A program made the position numbers and the translations under genes. The notes under the pieces were generated by a model that was given only the letters and a program-made list of their open reading frames with translations, had not been told where the DNA came from and did no database searches. Positions 34,803 to 37,552 of a DNA stretch of 37,552 bases are shown here, in pieces. Source of the DNA: Catajapyx aquilonaris (lineage: Eukaryota); NCBI GenBank assembly GCA_000934665.2, contig KZ539111.1, positions 1 to 37,552 on the forward strand, read 5' to 3'. The first letter of the stretch is position 1, and every line of letters starts with the position of its first letter.

Positions 34803-35210
34803 TAGTGCTCACAAGAAACAATCGTCCAATCACACTAACACTATACCACCCAATCCAAAACTTGAAAATCAAACATCAACAAAAATTAATTTTACCTAAT
34901 CACCCAAATTGCCTAATCACACCAAATTGCGAATTTTACTCGTCATTGCCAACCTTGACCATCCTTCAATGTAGTGAAACATGCCTAAATTCGTTAGTTT
35001 ACGTTTGCTCCCAGTAGGGCGCACTGTTGTCCACAAAAAATGCAATGGTACAATCTCACCATGTTTGACGGGTATTTACGGATATAAAACCCTTGCTCTT
35101 ATTGAATAATTTTTAAACTGCTTAGTTTTTACTGTATACGCATACAAACTAAGCATACAAACTGACGTACAAACTTACGTGGCGGTGAATACGACCTCGC
35201 CACAATTTTA

Positions 35211-36270
35211 GGTGGTCAAATGCAGTTGGAGTTAAGAGTCTGGGTGCGGCACCCGTGCTCTGTTGTCATAGTTTACCCCATGTGCTGACTTTTTTTTTTT
35301 TTTTAACCCCGTGCTAGGGCCATGGGCCCTTATAGGGGGGTGGATTACCACCATTTTCCTTCAATTTTCTTATTATTTTCTTCTAACACCAGTGCAAGGA
35401 TGAAAGGACAAGAGGTAAGGATAGAGATTTTCGGGGAGGGAACATGGGTGCAAGTGCACGTCTGAAAACGGGTCATGTGCTGTTCCCCAGGAGGTTAGGT
35501 TGCCAGACACCTCCTTGGTGCAGGTCAGAGACCCTCCTGACGCAGGTGAAAGGAAAGTTCCCCAGGTGGGGATCGAACCTGGGGCCTTTCACACAGCAAG
35601 CCGAGACGTTACCATCACGGCCACCACACCTCCCCGATGTGCTGACATCTGACATGAGTTAGTACTGTATTGCGCTACACTGTATTGTAATCCTACGAGA
35701 CAATACTGTAATGTCGGATGTGCCCCTGCCTTGATGCCCAGTACTTTGCATCGCCTGTCAAGAGGGCAGAAGTGTGTTGTTCCTGTTGTACTCTACGTTT
35801 CCACCAGATCCCTTTGATTTAATTTGCTGTTACCTTCTGACCAATGAGTAAATGTACAGGACCCAACCCAGTGACCTGGATGACCTAGTTGCTAAACTGC
35901 ATGCTGCAACGTGTGTAAGGGAGCATTCACAGTGGTCACTTTTGAGCACCTCCTTAGCTTAGCTGTACTCTGTATCCAGCATTCCAATACTCTCATCTGT
36001 GGTCAGCAGGGCACAGAAAATAAAATCTAAATTATCAGGTGGAACCGTACAACGGGAACAACACACTACCCCCATCTTGACCGGTGACGCAAAAATACCA
36101 GACATCAATGCAGGGGCCCATCCATCACTACAGTACTGTCTCGTAGGATTACAATACAATGTAGCGCAATCCAGTACCGAATCGTGTCAGATGTCAGTGC
36201 ATGAGATAAACAACAACAATGGAGAATTGGTGTCGCACCCGGACTCTTACTCCTACTGCATTTGATTACC
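35211..36270. mobile_element. Old fold-back TIR element with TA flanks, left arm interrupted by a SINE
   Basis: TA|GGTGGTCAAATGCAGTTGGAG...CTCCTACTGCATTTGATTACC|TA. Inverted similarity resumes after the SINE (35637-35850 versus about 35990-36200). Confidence 0.82.
35290..35636 (-). mobile_element. tRNA-derived SINE, family 1, copy 2, with poly-A tail and TSD
   Basis: A and B boxes, poly-A tail, 10-bp TSD ATGTGCTGAC at 35280 and 35637. Confidence 0.92.
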
Positions 36271-36590
36271 TACTGTACACAGAAGATAAGTTATGGGGCC
36301 AAGGCCGGATTATTCGGAGGCCATCCGACTGGTTTTTACCGTTTTGAAGCTGGCAGGGCGGATGTGACGTCAAGAAACTTTAAAGATGCATTAATTACGC
36401 AATGGCCCCCAAAACTACTTGCACATCCATATATTAGTTCTGCGAGTACTATCAGTCTACCTGGCGCTTATGTGCGAGACTCCCTTCACCCTGTATATCT
36501 ATTTCAATGTCTTCATGGTTCCAAAGGTCATTGCCAACCCTTTGGCACTAACATCAATGCATTTTGTGCTAGGCTCAAATTTAACTTTAC

Positions 36591-36972
36591 CTCATCTTCC
36601 TGACAAGTGCAGTAGTGTCCCTCTTCCGGACAGCTGTCTCCCCTTCTCGGGCGTGTTTGGCCAGATGCCTGTCCAGCTTGCCCCTGTTCTGGGTGTAATA
36701 GGCACAGGCAGGCACAGGGCAGGTATAGGTCTTTGTTATGATGTCAGCAGGTTCAGGATCATCTGAGTTGTGGAGGCGCTTCGTGTGCTTTTGGAGATCC
36801 ATCTGTGACTTAAAGCTGCTGCTACACCGGTTGCACTCAAAGCTGCACAGGGATGTTTCACTGCTGTAAGAGTCTTCCTCCTCCTCCTCTTCCACCTCCT
36901 CAATCATTATTCCATCGTCGTCCTCTTCCTCCACCTCATCCACCACCACTGCTTCATCTTCATCATCATCAT

Positions 36973-37003
<31 letters not shown>

Positions 37004-37034
37004 ATCGTCATCACCATCCTCAACAGTCACACGA
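36591..37034 (-). CDS. C2H2 zinc-finger gene, first visible exon (poly-Asp/Glu tract + fingers 1 and 2); 5' part of the gene not identified in the window
   Basis: Likely acceptor GCATTTTGCAG|T at 37035 (boundary less certain). Donor GAG|GTAAAG in phase 2 matches the next exon. Encodes FECNRCSSSFKSQMDLQKHTKRLH and YTCPVPACAYYTQNRGKLDRHLAKH. Confidence 0.85.
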
Positions 37035-37552
37035 CTGCAAAATGCACATGCACTATCAGCATTATGTGCAGAAGGATACCTGAACTCTGAACTGCACAGC
37101 ATACTTGAATTTGCATGCAATGAAACTCTGTTAACCCTTCCAATTTTGCGCGGGTGGAGTTTAATTGTCTTGCAGTCCCGTGCCTTGTTCGGCTGTATTT
37201 TTTCCCCTCATGGCCACCTGCACCAAAGCCAATCTTTGGACCAGTGCTAGCCAGGGTCCCCTACATGGTTGCCTCCCCCACCCTAACCAGGGTATTGTCT
37301 CCACGTAGTCCTTATGGGGCGTCCATATTGGATCTAGATTGCATGCTGGAGGATAGGAAATTGGCAAGCGTCCAATTTTTTTTTTCAAGGACATTTTTTC
37401 ACTGCATGAACCAATCTGATTTAGATCCAATATGTCGGAGAGACAATACCCTGTCTAGGTGGGGGAGGCACTCATGGAGGTTACCACGGTCATATAAGTA
37501 AGGTCTGGTCACTCCCACCCACCCCCTGCCGGGGCGTTTTGCACCGGGCGCT

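Noticed and set aside
34088..34899. Two ORFs sharing WLLALFIFTNEFLACDLPEVSF on opposite strands
   Set aside because: They are translations of the two arms of one inverted repeat.
36853..37083. Pro/His-rich 76-aa plus-strand ORF
   Set aside because: Antisense of the poly-Glu/Asp tract of the zinc-finger exon.

Overview
Eukaryotic (invertebrate, probably arthropod-like) genomic DNA, AT-rich and dense in transposons. The main result, which the ORF track does not show, is a co-oriented minus-strand cluster of three small TATA-driven genes for secreted WAP (four-disulfide core) proteins. Gene A (8295-1199, about 664 aa) encodes signal peptide + WAP + Thr/Lys mucin-like 28-aa repeats + Arg/Thr block + acidic Asp/Ser tail. 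Genes B (19441-17442, about 110 aa) and C (17264-15589, about 127 aa) each encode signal peptide + pacifastin domain + WAP domain, an unusual two-inhibitor fusion built from phase-1 exons. Upstream, also on the minus strand, lie three exons of a C2H2 zinc-finger gene (6 fingers, acidic tract) whose 5' end is outside the window. The rest holds eight copies of five tRNA-derived SINE families sharing a covarying 3' stem-loop, many non-autonomous TIR elements (mariner-, Harbinger-, piggyBac-, hAT-like and others), a LINE RT fragment, a 554-bp near-perfect hairpin, a 92-bp perfect palindrome beside a G-quadruplex-type repeat, and one assembly gap. Gene models were assembled by eye from splice signals and phases and have no transcript support.
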